Positions 19,698-30,584 of a stretch of DNA of 64,000 nucleotides are shown in pieces; the first letter of the stretch is position 1, and each line of letters opens with the position of its first letter. A model generated the notes under the pieces. That model made no database searches, was not told the DNA's origin, and saw only the letters and a program-made list of their open reading frames with translations. The position numbers and the translations under genes are program-made. The DNA is from an uncultured Fibrobacterota bacterium (GTDB lineage Bacteria; Fibrobacterota; Chitinivibrionia; Chitinivibrionales; FEN-1185): NCBI GenBank assembly GCA_963753345.1, contig CAVWBU010000032.1:1-64000 (forward strand). The letters are read 5' to 3'.

Positions 19698-20699
19698 GTG
19701 GCATCAGTCGCGCTTGACAAAAAGAACCTTAAAAAATTCACGGCCGCGCTGGCCAAGCTTGGCAGGGTGCGCGGTCCGGTGCGGGACGCTACCGGCGTGG
19801 TGCTGGCGGACCTCACGCCGAAAACCGACCTCGCGCTCGACTATGTCAACTTCACCCTGCCGCCCAAACGGGAGCTTTTCCCGCAGTGCGAGGTGATTAC
19901 AAGAATCAGCAGCGGCGAGGTGGCAGAAGAACCGCTGCGCGGCCAGGCGCAGGTGATTTTCGGCATTCGTCCCTGCGACGCGCTCTCGTTTGCGCACCTC
20001 GACAAGGTCTTCTGCGACGACAAATACACCGACCCGTACTTCCGCGGCCGCAGGGATGCGGCTCTGGTGATATCCCTTGCATGCGACAAGCCCGGGCCGT
20101 CGTGCTTCTGCACCTCGGCAGGGGGCGGGCCGGCCTCCAGCCTTGGCGCGGACATAATCGCCTTTAACCTGGGCGCCGCGCTTCTGTTTGATACAGTAAC
20201 GCCCAAAGGCGAATCATTTGTCAAGAAGAACAAGAATCTGTTCCGGCAGCCTACCCAGGCCGAGCTGAAAAACAAGGAAAAACAAGGTGCGGGCGTCGAA
20301 AAGCAGATGAGCCGCGTGGACACAAAAGCCGTTGTTCCAAGCCTCGCAAAAGGAAAACCACCGGCCTTCTGGGAAGCAATCGCAGAAACCTGCCTGAGCT
20401 GCGGCGCGTGCACGTTCCTGTGCCCCACCTGCCATTGCTTCGACCTGCGCGACGACGCAAGGCAGGGCGGCCGGGTGCGCGTGCACGACGCCTGCATGTT
20501 TGCATCGTTTGTGACCGAGGCCTCGGGCCACAACCCGCGGAGCAGAAAAGGGGAGCGCATGCGCCAGCGGGTGATGCACAAATTTTCCTATGCGCCGGAG
20601 AATTACAACACCGTATTCTGCGTCGGCTGCGGACGCTGCGTAACGAGCTGCCCGAGCAACATAGACATTCGCGAGACCCTCGCCGGGGTGATCGCATGA
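19698..20699 (+). CDS. flxB: FlxB/AsrA-like 4Fe-4S protein
   Basis: GIRPCD, CFCT, CLSCGACTFLCPTCHCF, RMRQRVMHKF, CVGCGRCVTSCP. Confidence 0.75.
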   Translation: MASVALDKKNLKKFTAALAKLGRVRGPVRDATGVVLADLTPKTDLALDYVNFTLPPKRELFPQCEVITRISSGEVAEEPLRGQAQVIFGIRPCDALSFAHLDKVFCDDKYTDPYFRGRRDAALVISLACDKPGPSCFCTSAGGGPASSLGADIIAFNLGAALLFDTVTPKGESFVKKNKNLFRQPTQAELKNKEKQGAGVEKQMSRVDTKAVVPSLAKGKPPAFWEAIAETCLSCGACTFLCPTCHCFDLRDDARQGGRVRVHDACMFASFVTEASGHNPRSRKGERMRQRVMHKFSYAPENYNTVFCVGCGRCVTSCPSNIDIRETLAGVIA

Positions 20700-21553
20700 G
20701 CCCTACCGCCAACCCGTATATACCGTACAAGGTCCGCATCGACAAAGTGGTTGTCGAAAACGACGAGAAGGACCTCAAGACCTTCCGCCTTGCGTTCTGC
20801 GACAAGGCCGACGAAGCGAAATTCACCCATGCGTGCGGCCAGTTCGCCATGCTGCACGTGCCCGGTGCGGGGGAGATCCCCATCGGCATCGCCTCGTCGC
20901 CGCTTGACAAAGGCTATGTCGAGTTCACCGTCAAGCGCTACCCGGCCGGCGCGGTGACCTCCGCCCTGCACGACATGGCCGAAGGCGACACTCTGGGGCT
21001 TCGCGGTCCGCTGGGCAACAGCTTCCCGCTCCACGCACTCAAGGGGAAGAACCTCCTCATTGTGGGCGGCGGGTTCGCGTTCACCACGCTTCGTGCCGCC
21101 ATCCGCTACCTGCTGCACGATGCGAACCGGAAGGACTTCGGCACCATCACCATCATCTACGGCGCGCGCAGTCCCGGCGAGCTTCTCTACAAATCGGAGC
21201 TGGCGCAGTGGCAGCAGCGCTCCGATGTCGCGACCCACATCACTGTTGACAAAGGCGACACAGGGTGGAAAGGCCGCGAAGGCTTCGTCCCCGCCGTGGT
21301 TTCGCAGGTCGCTCCCTCATCCGTGAACGCGGCCTGCATTGTCTGCGGTCCGCCCATCATGCTCAAGTTCACCATGCCGCCGCTCCTTGCGCTCGGCTTC
21401 ACCCCGCACACCATCATCACCTCCCAGGAACGCAAGATGAGCTGCGGCATCGGGAAATGCGGACGGTGCAACATCGGCCCCAAGTACGTGTGCAAGGACG
21501 GGCCGGTGTTTACGTATGCGCAGATGATGGCAATGGAGAGGGCGGGGAGCTGA
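20696..21553 (+). CDS. flxA: FlxA/AsrB-like FAD/NAD-binding 2Fe-2S subunit
   Basis: GQFAML..GEIPIGIASSP, RGPLGN, GGGFAF, VCGPPIM, ERKMSCGIGKCGRC..CKDGPVF. Confidence 0.8.
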   Translation: MSPTANPYIPYKVRIDKVVVENDEKDLKTFRLAFCDKADEAKFTHACGQFAMLHVPGAGEIPIGIASSPLDKGYVEFTVKRYPAGAVTSALHDMAEGDTLGLRGPLGNSFPLHALKGKNLLIVGGGFAFTTLRAAIRYLLHDANRKDFGTITIIYGARSPGELLYKSELAQWQQRSDVATHITVDKGDTGWKGREGFVPAVVSQVAPSSVNAACIVCGPPIMLKFTMPPLLALGFTPHTIITSQERKMSCGIGKCGRCNIGPKYVCKDGPVFTYAQMMAMERAGS

Positions 21554-21581
21554 AGAACAATTGATGAATAAAAGATAAGAA

Positions 21582-21750
21582 TTGGGCGTTACCCCCATAC
21601 AGGGTCGCATTGATGATGCGCCCCTGTATGGGGGTCGGTCTCCCTCCAGGCTCGGCTATTCGCCTCGTTGCCGGTCCGCCCTAGTTGCCTTCGGCAAGGG
21701 TCGGCCGGCAATGCGCTCCTGCGCACCTTCCGGTCCGCCTGGCGCTTGGC
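21582..21750 (-). repeat. structured intergenic module B (REP-like insert in terminal hairpin)
   Basis: reverse complement shares ccggcaacgaggcgaatagccgagcc..gggagaccgaccc..aacgcccaa with the other B copies. Confidence 0.85.
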
Positions 21751-21863
21751 ATCAGATTGATTCCATAAATGTCAAGTTTGGCTGCCGCAAAATCGGACAC
21801 GACATTCCGTGGGTTCATCCCGCCCTCGGCACCACGTTTCACACATGGTCTGACTGGATATGG

Positions 21864-22637
21864 TCAATTCCGGAAAACGCATCCTGTAGATTGCGTTTCG
21901 ATCACATTTCTGTCGTCGGCCCAATGTGCGGGATTGTTGCGGATATATCGCCGGATGGCGAATAATTCGCGGTTGTTGCGGATGATGTGGTCGTAAAAAC
22001 GGGGTTGCCAATCGAATCCGGGCAAGACCGTTTTCCGGATGCGTTTTTTCACCATGTTTTTATATTGGCCGATGATGGCACCCAAAACGCCGGGGTTCCA
22101 ATTTTCCGGTTTGCGTTTATTCGAATGATTTGGTGTTTTTCCATTTTCCGTATCATCCGAATTTTTCGTAGAGACGTCGCGGTGCGGCGTCTCATCCCCT
22201 TGTCCGGATGTCACCGCATTTTCCATTGGTTCCAATGAAACGTTGCGGTGCGGCATTTCCGACGAAACCGTATTATTCGTTTCATCCAATGAGACGCCGC
22301 ACCGCGGCGTCTCTACAAAATCCACCGGATTTACAAAATCAATTGGATCCACAAAATCCACCGGCATTGATTTGATCCGTATAATGGCGTGAAAATGGTT
22401 CGGCATGATAACGTATTCGTCGATTGAAACGTTCCGGCGGATTTCGGGTGTTGCCAGCCATTCCTCGTTTGCGATGATTCCGGCAGGTTTTAAAACAATG
22501 GAACCGTCAATTATGTCGGAAAGAAAACATTTGCGATTGTGCGTGCATATCGTCACGAAATACCACGCCGGTGATGAATAATCCCATTTCGGCAGACGCG
22601 CGGATTCAATTCGATATTTTGAATGGAAGAGGGACAT
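21864..22637 (-). mobile_element. REP-associated tyrosine (Y1/HUH) transposase, RAYT-like
   Basis: SARLPKWDYS...YFVTICT, MPNHFHAII (HUH), WQPRFYDHIIRN, YIRNNP; GTAG-type REP hairpins at 22168-22193, 22291-22316 and 22733-22762. Confidence 0.88.
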
Positions 22638-22784
22638 GGTGTAATCAGGTTGGTGATGTGATGTTTATTGTTGATCTATTGACGGATACGAATGTTCCCT
22701 GAAATCCGAACAGCCGGCGCGCCGGGGTTTGCTGCAGAGACGTTGCGGGAAGCGTCTCTGCAACAAATGCGGTGACAAAAGGGA

Positions 22785-25457
22785 TCAGTAATCGCGGATG
22801 CAGCGGACGCTGTGGACCTTCACCTTTTCCGATATGATACCTGTCAACGAGAACCGCTATCATCTGCCTAGGCTATTATATCCCCATCGGTATTTAGCAT
22901 TAGCATCTTCAGTTAGCATGTCCACCAAATTCCCCAAAGACCCATATCAAGGGCAAATAGACCCCTGACTATACCGTGCACTTCCGGGCAGATCCTGTAA
23001 ATCCTGATGAGTTCGTTGCGCCAGTATTGGGACTAGTTCCAATGTGTGAATCCAGATTCCTTAAGTGGTCCGCCGGCAGTATTCCAACCGCCAAGAAATG
23101 ATATCAGAGTGTTCCATTCAGAATCAGTCGGCACATGCCATCCCAGGGGAGCCAGTTTGCCAGTATTCATCAGCATACCAGTTGTAGAGTGCTCCATAGG
23201 GATTCTTATAGGTGACTGAATCATTGTTAAACCAGCAATATCCTGGAGTTGAAAATGTGGCCCATGTTGCACTATCAGCCCCATTCGGAATCCCCGTCCC
23301 GTCATTATATTTCGTCGTCTTCAAATTCTCCACCATCCACACCTGTGTCCCGATGGGAACCTCATGTGTAAATATTCCCGTCAGCATCCTGGATTACCCA
23401 CTTCGCATACAGAGTAACAGCAGCCGTTATCGGCGTTGAAAAACTGAATGCTTTTGTCAACAACGAATCCGAATACCACCCGGCAAAGACATAGCTCCTC
23501 TTGGTAGGGAGCCGTTGGCGTTACGGCAGCAGCTCCATAGTTTACGGATTGCGATGCCACTGCGCTTCCGCCATTGGAATTGAAGGTGACGGTGTATTGG
23601 ATAATGGTCCATTTTGCATACAACACAATGTTCACCGACCCCATGGCAAACGTTGCGCCCGGAATCCGATCGGTGCCTGTGCCCGCGGCATTGGTGTTCC
23701 ATCCTGCAAATGTGTAGCCGGTTCTCGCCAGGTTGCCTGTATTGTCAAGCACCGTAACGGTTGTGCCATTGGTGTATTTGTTGGGATCGGCCGGAACGGT
23801 TCCGCCCGTGCTTCCGTTGCCATCGTATATCACGGTGTAAACAGGCGTCCATTTTGCATAAAGGGTGATGGAGGAGGTTATTGGTGTCAGAAAATTGAAT
23901 TGCATCGTAAACGCCTGGTCGGAATACCATCCGGCAAAGATGAACCCGCTTTGCGTGGGAGGCGTAGGCGCAGTGGCTGTCGCGTTGTAGGCGACATTCT
24001 GGCTGTCGACCGCGCTGCCGCCATTGCTGTTGAATTTTACGGTGAAGACCGCGACTGTCCATTTCGCATAAAGCGTCACGTTGGCAGGTCCCATGTTGAA
24101 TGTCGCGCCACCCATAAACGAAAACCCGCTGCCGTCGGCCGCGGTGTTCCAGCCGGCAAACGTGTACCCGGTGCGGACGAGGTTGCCGGTGTTGGCCTTG
24201 ACAGTCACGAGATCAAGCTGCTGATACGCGTTGGCGTCGGTCGGCACGGTTCCGCCGGTGCTGCCGTTGCCGTTGTAGGCGACCGTATACGTCGGGTTCT
24301 GCGTCCACACCGCGTAGAGCGTCACATTCGCATTTCCCATGCTGAAAGTCGCCCCGCCCGCATACGACGTTCCGTTGCCGTCTGAAGCCGTGTTCCAGCC
24401 CGCAAACGTGTAGCCGGCCCGGACAAGGCTTCCTGTGTTTCCATTGACATTCACGACAGCGCCCTGCTGATATGCGTTGGCGTCGGCTGGAACGGTTCCC
24501 CCGGTGTTTGCATTCCCGTTATACACGACCGCGTAGGTGGGGTTCTGCGTCCAGACTGCGTAGAGTGTCACGTTTGCCGCGCCGATGTTGAACGCGGCAG
24601 CCCCGGCGTACGACGTTCCGCTGCCGTCCGCCGCAGTGTTCCATCCCGCAAACGTGTAGCCCGCTCTGACGAGATTGCCGGTGTTCCCCTGAACCGTCAC
24701 GCTTGCTCCCTGCTGATACGCATTGGCGTCTGTTGGAACGGTTCCGCCGGTGTTTCCGTTGCCGCTATATGAAACCGTGTACGTGGGGTTCTGCGTCCAG
24801 ACCGCATAGAGCGTGACATTTGCCGCGCTCATGTTGAAGGTCTCGCCGCCGGAGTAGGATGTTCCCTTGCCGTCGGCTGCGGTGTTCCAGCCGGCAAACG
24901 TGTACCCGGCGCGGGCAAGACCGCCGATGTTTGCCTTGACAGTTACGACCGATCCTTGTTGGTATGCAGTTGCGTCCGTCGGCACGGCACCGCCCGTATT
25001 GCCGTTTCCATCATACGTTACAGCGATAGGTCGGAGCAGGTTTTGCCAGGATATTGATGGTTGCCGTATCAGTGTAATGACGTCCCCCCTGTATAGCGGC
25101 GACAGCAGTGACCGTTTTGGTCCCGCCGGTTGCGAACGTGTCGGCAATCCAGTTGGTATCCGTCCACGATGTTGATTTTCCGAAGGTGACGGCCTTCTCC
25201 GTGTCACCGCCGGTGCCCGTAACGATCACCGTCACAGAGTCCATGTACTGCGAAAGGTATGCATTGATTCCGATGCGCACCGGTTTGTCAACGCTGTCCG
25301 AAACCGAGGTCGTGCTGCGCTGGTGCGCCGAATTCTCGAGCGTGATTGATACGGCGGCGTTTGCCGGGGTGAAGGGGTTGGGTGAGTTTGAACAGAAAAA
25401 GAGAAAGGGTATGAGGGAGCAGGAGAGTATTACGGCAAATGCTTTCTTTGTTGACAT
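22785..25457 (-). CDS. lipoprotein with 7 Listeria-Bacteroides (InlB B-type) repeats and C-terminal FISUMP domain; multiple frameshifts
   Basis: FLFFC lipobox; YxVxYxGNG..GYTFAGWNT..LYAVW repeats; IGTQVWMVENLKTTKY, YGALYNWYA, PLGWHVPTDSEW, terminal SVRCIRDY*. Confidence 0.75.
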
Positions 25458-25572
25458 GGCGCATCGTCTCCGAAAATTGTTGATGGAAGGGCCCGGAGCC
25501 GGGCGGGAATGGATGGAAAGAATATAATATTGGGGGTAAAAGCGCGCTTGTGACGGATGTCACAAAGGAAAA

Positions 25573-25602
25573 AAGGAGGGCTTTTTTTCAAAAGCCCTCC
25601 TT
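25573..25602 (-). terminator. intrinsic terminator
   Basis: aaggagggcttt/aaagccctcctt stem followed by T-run on the minus strand, downstream of the 25628 stop. Confidence 0.7.
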
Positions 25603-25627
25603 AAAGAATCGAGACTCATAAAATGGA

Positions 25628-26980
25628 CTATCGGTAAACAGCTACCTTCCCTTGCAGCGTTTTTCCATTCGAAGTCACCTTGAGCAGATAGGTGCCGTTG
25701 GGAACAGTGCGGCCGAAGGAGTCTTTGTAGTTCCAGAAGGAGGCTTCGGAGCCAGACAAGCGACGGATGAGCTGGCCGGAAGGGGAAAATAGCTCAACGT
25801 TCATGTTGCCGGCATTATCGGCTTTGATTGAAACACCATTTTCTGCACGAACGAAACTGATACCGGAGCCGGAAATCGGAGTCTTTTGTGAAAAGGCGGC
25901 CGGATTGATTGCTGTTGAGACTGGGCTGCCATAGACTTCAAATTCGAAAATTGAAATACCCCATATATCTGGCGAACCAGCCGGAAGTCGTTCGGGTGGA
26001 ATTCTTATATATGAATGCATTCGCACATATTGTGTTGTTGTTGGTGGAACAGGGAATGATGACTGACTAAAATCCGGTGGCTTGGTATAAAGTAACGTGG
26101 TATCTCTAATTAGAAATGTCCAATTTGAATCTGCGGAATCTGCAGCCGTTAGTGCCCTATCCTTAGTCCAAGCCTGAATCACAAAGTCGCCTGAACCGGA
26201 GTGTTCCCAATAAAGCGCAACATACTTTACGTTATATTTTGCACCTAAGTCGACATAAAGCCAGTCTCTTCCTTTGAGCGAATCCGGCCTGCCATCGCCA
26301 TAGTTGTTTTCCCATCTTGAACCAAAATCCAGACCCCCGTTTTGAAACATTATTCCATCGGTAGCTAAACCGGGTGCGGCATCCGAACTACTTGCAACAG
26401 CTGTCTTGTTTAATGCTAGGTTTGTTCCCAATGTGTTGAATACTCTCATTTCCCACATCGAAAATCCCCACTGGAAATTTCTCTTTGTGCAACGAACTTT
26501 GAGATATCTGGCGCTTATTGGCGTGACAAATTTAATTCTTCTATGCAACGGGGTATGGCCGTCGTCCGGCCAGGGATAAACTTCACCAGTAATTACGGTA
26601 TCCGTATTCCATCCCGAATCGTTGGTTGTAGGGACTTCGGTATGCTGAATTTTGTAATTTAATGCAGCAGAGTGTTCCCAAAGAAGATCGAGCGAATCAA
26701 AGGTCGCAACATATCCAAAATCAATATAGAACCACGCGGAGTCCCGCTTGACGGTGTCTGCGCCTGTATATTGCGCATAATTGCTTCCCCACTTAGTCGA
26801 CGTATCGCCATCCACTATGTTGGCGCCGGACATGTTGGCGTTCTCGTTGCTCGAAGTCACAACCGTTTTCTTCAGCGCCAGGTTCGCCAACTGCGCAGAA
26901 ACATTGAAACACCACGCCGCCACGCACACACCCGCCAGCGCCGCAACCGCGACGCGCCTGTTCATCCGGGGCTTGATCAT
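25628..26980 (-). CDS. secreted protein with two discoidin (F5/8, CBM32-like) domains and C-terminal FlgD/T9SS-like tail
   Basis: signal peptide; NLALKK..SS..DGD.STKW..WFYIDFG twice; ..SPSGQLIRRL..WNYKDSFGRTVPNGTYLLKV. Confidence 0.8.
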   Translation of the reverse strand: MIKPRMNRRVAVAALAGVCVAAWCFNVSAQLANLALKKTVVTSSNENANMSGANIVDGDTSTKWGSNYAQYTGADTVKRDSAWFYIDFGYVATFDSLDLLWEHSAALNYKIQHTEVPTTNDSGWNTDTVITGEVYPWPDDGHTPLHRRIKFVTPISARYLKVRCTKRNFQWGFSMWEMRVFNTLGTNLALNKTAVASSSDAAPGLATDGIMFQNGGLDFGSRWENNYGDGRPDSLKGRDWLYVDLGAKYNVKYVALYWEHSGSGDFVIQAWTKDRALTAADSADSNWTFLIRDTTLLYTKPPDFSQSSFPVPPTTTQYVRMHSYIRIPPERLPAGSPDIWGISIFEFEVYGSPVSTAINPAAFSQKTPISGSGISFVRAENGVSIKADNAGNMNVELFSPSGQLIRRLSGSEASFWNYKDSFGRTVPNGTYLLKVTSNGKTLQGKVAVYR

Positions 26981-27523
26981 TTTCAATTTCCTTTCTGAAG
27001 AAGTCCTCAAGTAGGTTTTAAGAAATGACTTTAATTGAAGCCGAAATGACTGATCTTGAGGGGATAAGAACCGGATGGCACAAGACACTTGCAGAAACGC
27101 CCACATCGCCGTCCTCCCCCCGATCCGGCCGGTGTGCGCGTTGCGTGGTAATATACCTTTTTTTGGGGGTTTGTGAAGGGAAAATCTGAGGGACTGACGG
27201 GGCGGAATTGGTGAATTGCATGGAGATAGGCTAGGTGCGGTAAGAGAAGGTGGATTGACCTGCAGGAGGCAGGATTTGCTTTTTGGGGGGAGGAATGCTT
27301 AGTTTTTGAAGGGGTGGTGGCGAATGATTGCAGGAATGGGTAGGAGCGGAGATGGGCGGGATGCACAGGTTTCAGGGCGGTGGATTGGATATGCTGGCTC
27401 CATGAATATTGAATATGCCGACTGCTCCCTAATACATGTTTAGGCAAATGAATTATTTCGAACATGGCCAGATCGGATATACTGGCATGATTCACGATCA
27501 ACAAGAGACCGGAGAAAAATCTT

Positions 27524-28558
27524 ATGGAGTCTAAGTTCATTCGTACATTGGTTTCCCTTGGAGTGCCGGGTGTTGCGTTAGGGATTTTTTATCTCTTGTT
27601 GAAATCCTTCCATTTTGAGTTCTCTCAAGTGGATGCAAAATCGACTTCAGCGATTGTAGTAGTTTTCCTTTTGCTTGTGGGCGCTATTACAATCTTCGCC
27701 TTACATCGATGGTCGCCGAAAGGATCTAATTCACAGCCTAAGGCTCTTAAGGACATTCAGCCAGACAATAGTAGTCAGGACAGGTCAATTACGAATCTGA
27801 AGATCGGAGCCTACAGTGAGCAATCTAATTTGACAGTAAAGAGCATTATCGATGAACTTCATAATGCTGCCCCATTTCAACGAGATGAAATTGCTAAGAA
27901 TTACGTAGGAATAAAGGTAACATGGGAAGGTGGGCTTTGGAATGTCAAGAAAACCTCCCCGAACATTATCGGTGACATTGTAAATGTTGACATAAAGCCA
28001 ATACCCAATGAATGGCATTATTCTGCTTTTTTCAATGTGCCGCTTAAGAAATATCCTCAATTAAGGATAGCACAACAGAACGACCTAATCCGTGTTTTTG
28101 GTCGAATTATGGCTTGTAGCAGCGAAGGAATGTATGTGGAGCTAGATGTAGACCGAATTGAGTTCATTGAAAAACAGCAAAGCTCGTCTCGGCTCGTTGA
28201 GCCATCACCAAAACAATTAGAAAAAATTGGAAATATTTCTAAATTAACAAATCAATTTAATATCCCTTCCGTTCTAATCGGAACGTGGAATCATGTTTGG
28301 GATTACGCAAGAAATACTTGTGTTGCCGAAATAAAAGATAATGGCGACTATTTTGCTCATGGAGGTCCTCATACAAATTTCAAAATTACAAAAGCAGAAT
28401 ATGTAACAGGAACAAATCAAATTAGAATGGAATTATTTGATCTTCATACTAATCGCCTAGATACCGTGCAAATTTTGGAAATTAAGGATTTTAATTCATT
28501 AATAGGACATGTTGAAGGCCAGGCAGCCAATCCCAGAGAGTACAGACGAAAACTTTGA
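27524..28558 (+). CDS. hypothetical membrane protein (AT-rich, cassette-like)
   Basis: 344-aa ORF, two N-terminal TM helices, ggag RBS. Confidence 0.7.
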   Translation: MESKFIRTLVSLGVPGVALGIFYLLLKSFHFEFSQVDAKSTSAIVVVFLLLVGAITIFALHRWSPKGSNSQPKALKDIQPDNSSQDRSITNLKIGAYSEQSNLTVKSIIDELHNAAPFQRDEIAKNYVGIKVTWEGGLWNVKKTSPNIIGDIVNVDIKPIPNEWHYSAFFNVPLKKYPQLRIAQQNDLIRVFGRIMACSSEGMYVELDVDRIEFIEKQQSSSRLVEPSPKQLEKIGNISKLTNQFNIPSVLIGTWNHVWDYARNTCVAEIKDNGDYFAHGGPHTNFKITKAEYVTGTNQIRMELFDLHTNRLDTVQILEIKDFNSLIGHVEGQAANPREYRRKL

Positions 28559-28623
28559 ACAATAATGAACGACCGGACAGGTGGTCAACCCGCGACTGCA
28601 GTAACCGTCTGTAAAGAACCCTA

Positions 28624-29160
28624 ATGCCCCGGAATGGCCGAATCATGGGAAGACATTTTTTAAAGTATCTGGCAATCTTGTGCGTCATGCTTGGCGGTTG
28701 CAGCGCAGATTACCATTCCAAGGCATGGGCCAAGGAAAATCTGAAGAATAAGCAAACGGTAACCGTTGTAAAGAATTTCATCGATCTCGGGTTTGCGGAA
28801 AACAGGGGAATGGTGTTCGGAATTCTAAATGGGAAAATGCCGCATCTCGCCGGCATAGTTACTGCGGCTTTCAGGGTACTTATTATCTTTGCGCTTATGC
28901 TATTTATTGGGTTCAATCGCAGGAAACCATTTCTACTTCTTTTGCCTTTTCTTCTCCTTTTTGTCGGGGCAGCAGGCAATTTGATTGACCCGTTTTTGTA
29001 TGGGTACGTTGTCGATTTCATACACATTAAAGCCGGGAATGTACTGAATTGGCCGTTTTATTTCAATGTTGCGGATGCATTAATTACCATAGGACTGATA
29101 TTGCTTCTATTTCAAAGGGATAAAATTCGGTTCGAAAATCTGAAACTCAAGCGCGTATAG
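28624..29160 (+). CDS. lspA: lipoprotein signal peptidase II
   Basis: ENRGMVFG, GAAGNLID, GYVVDFI, FNVADALI. Confidence 0.88.
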   Translation: MPRNGRIMGRHFLKYLAILCVMLGGCSADYHSKAWAKENLKNKQTVTVVKNFIDLGFAENRGMVFGILNGKMPHLAGIVTAAFRVLIIFALMLFIGFNRRKPFLLLLPFLLLFVGAAGNLIDPFLYGYVVDFIHIKAGNVLNWPFYFNVADALITIGLILLLFQRDKIRFENLKLKRV

Positions 29161-29249
29161 CAAGCTGTTTATCCCATGGCCGAACGTGGGTCACAAACGC
29201 TCCCTTTGGTCGCGTTTCCCGCGTCGGCAGGTTAACCGCGGCGTTATAC
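29155..29249 (+). mobile_element. integron attC site
   Basis: GTATAGC (R'', overlapping lspA stop)...gttaaccgcggcGTTATAC (R'); imperfect hairpin, similar to the next site. Confidence 0.75.
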
Positions 29250-29272
29250 CAAAGAAAAGAGGAAGTACTGTG

Positions 29273-29974
29273 ATGCACTTATTTACTAGGAATGACTTGG
29301 TCTTCACAATTTTAGGAATTATAATCGGAGTAGTTGCAACTATTTTTATCCCAGTATCAATTGAAGCATTAAGGAAATCAAGAATCAAAATCAAGATATG
29401 CGAGCCAGATCAAACAAACGTGCAATATCCGGGTGGAAGGGCGGCAAGATGGCTCTTTTTGGAGATAGAAAATTGGGCTTTTGTCACACCTTTTTTCCGG
29501 TGGATGCCTAGAACTCCAGCGGTTCAATGTCATGGCACTATTGAATTTTACGAGTTGGACAGCCTAAAGAGATTTATGTCCCCAATGCCGGTCAAATGGC
29601 CAGGAAAAAGTCTTCAGACTGTTCCATTACTGAAAGTTAATGATCAAACATTCCTTGCAATAGATCCATCAGATAATTTCACTGTCGGAAATATCTATCC
29701 CGGGGAGAAGCAAAAAATATGCATTGCAGCTCGATTTGTTGAAGATGAGGATTGCTACGGGTGGACATGGGAAACCGAAGATAAAAAATGGCCAAATCCT
29801 GACTTTAAATTAAAACATAAGAACTATATTGCCAAAATTATTCTCAAAACATCCACGGAGAAATTTACCGAATTCGTAAGAATAATCAATGAAGTACCTT
29901 TTAATGAGTTCAGATTAGAAAAAATATTGGAAAGCGATAAAAAGACGATTAGAGAAATAGGAAAAATGGTATAA
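29273..29974 (+). CDS. hypothetical protein with N-terminal TM helix (gene cassette)
   Basis: AT-rich ORF with agagga RBS, bounded by attC sites. Confidence 0.75.
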   Translation: MHLFTRNDLVFTILGIIIGVVATIFIPVSIEALRKSRIKIKICEPDQTNVQYPGGRAARWLFLEIENWAFVTPFFRWMPRTPAVQCHGTIEFYELDSLKRFMSPMPVKWPGKSLQTVPLLKVNDQTFLAIDPSDNFTVGNIYPGEKQKICIAARFVEDEDCYGWTWETEDKKWPNPDFKLKHKNYIAKIILKTSTEKFTEFVRIINEVPFNEFRLEKILESDKKTIREIGKMV

Positions 29975-30063
29975 CAAGCGGTTCAGCTCACCACCGAACG
30001 CGGGTCCCGAATGCTTCCTTTGGTCGCGTTTCCGGCGTCGGCAGATTAACCGCGACGTAATCC
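29969..30063 (+). mobile_element. integron attC site (degenerate R')
   Basis: GTATAACaagcggttcagc...gattaaccgcgacGTAATCC; shares cctttggtcgcgtttcc..cgtcggcag with 29155-29249. Confidence 0.75.
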
Positions 30064-30076
30064 CCAAAAAAACACC

Positions 30077-30584
30077 ATGAATAAAAAAAACATCCCTTTT
30101 CATCATCCTGGCACTTCTTTTCATTTTCTGTCATTGGTATTTCGGAACAAAGGCGTTTACCTTATATTCTTATCCGATTTTCAACAAACAGCATTGGTAT
30201 GCCGAACTATTGAAGACCTGGATTCACGATGAAGACAAGGCAAGGTTGCGTGTTTGGAAAGACACTATTCCGGTTTTCATGAATGAAAGTGATATTGTAT
30301 TGCCGAAGGTGGAGGGCTTTGCCATAATTTCACTCAATCGAAAATCTGCATTATGGAACAGTTATCGTAACAGAAGATTATGCCAGATAATTGAAGCAAA
30401 AGTTCATCATAATCTGATGGGAAGGGAAATCAAATTGCGGATAAGGGATGATTACGTTGGAGATACCGCTGCATTCGATATGACAAAATCGCGCATTGCC
30501 GCGCCAAGGGATTTTGACTTTTTGCTGGTCGGGACAAAATACAAATGGCTTATTCAGAAAGACACAATGCCAAGGGCCGACTAA
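30077..30584 (+). CDS. hypothetical exported protein (cassette); homopolymer frameshift near 30085
   Basis: removing one A from the A-run joins MNKKTSLFIILALLFIFC to ORF 30210..30584. Confidence 0.55.

Noticed and set aside
27031-27540. Minus-strand ORF as an integron integrase
   Set aside because: No tyrosine-recombinase motifs are visible; at most an unrecognisable remnant.
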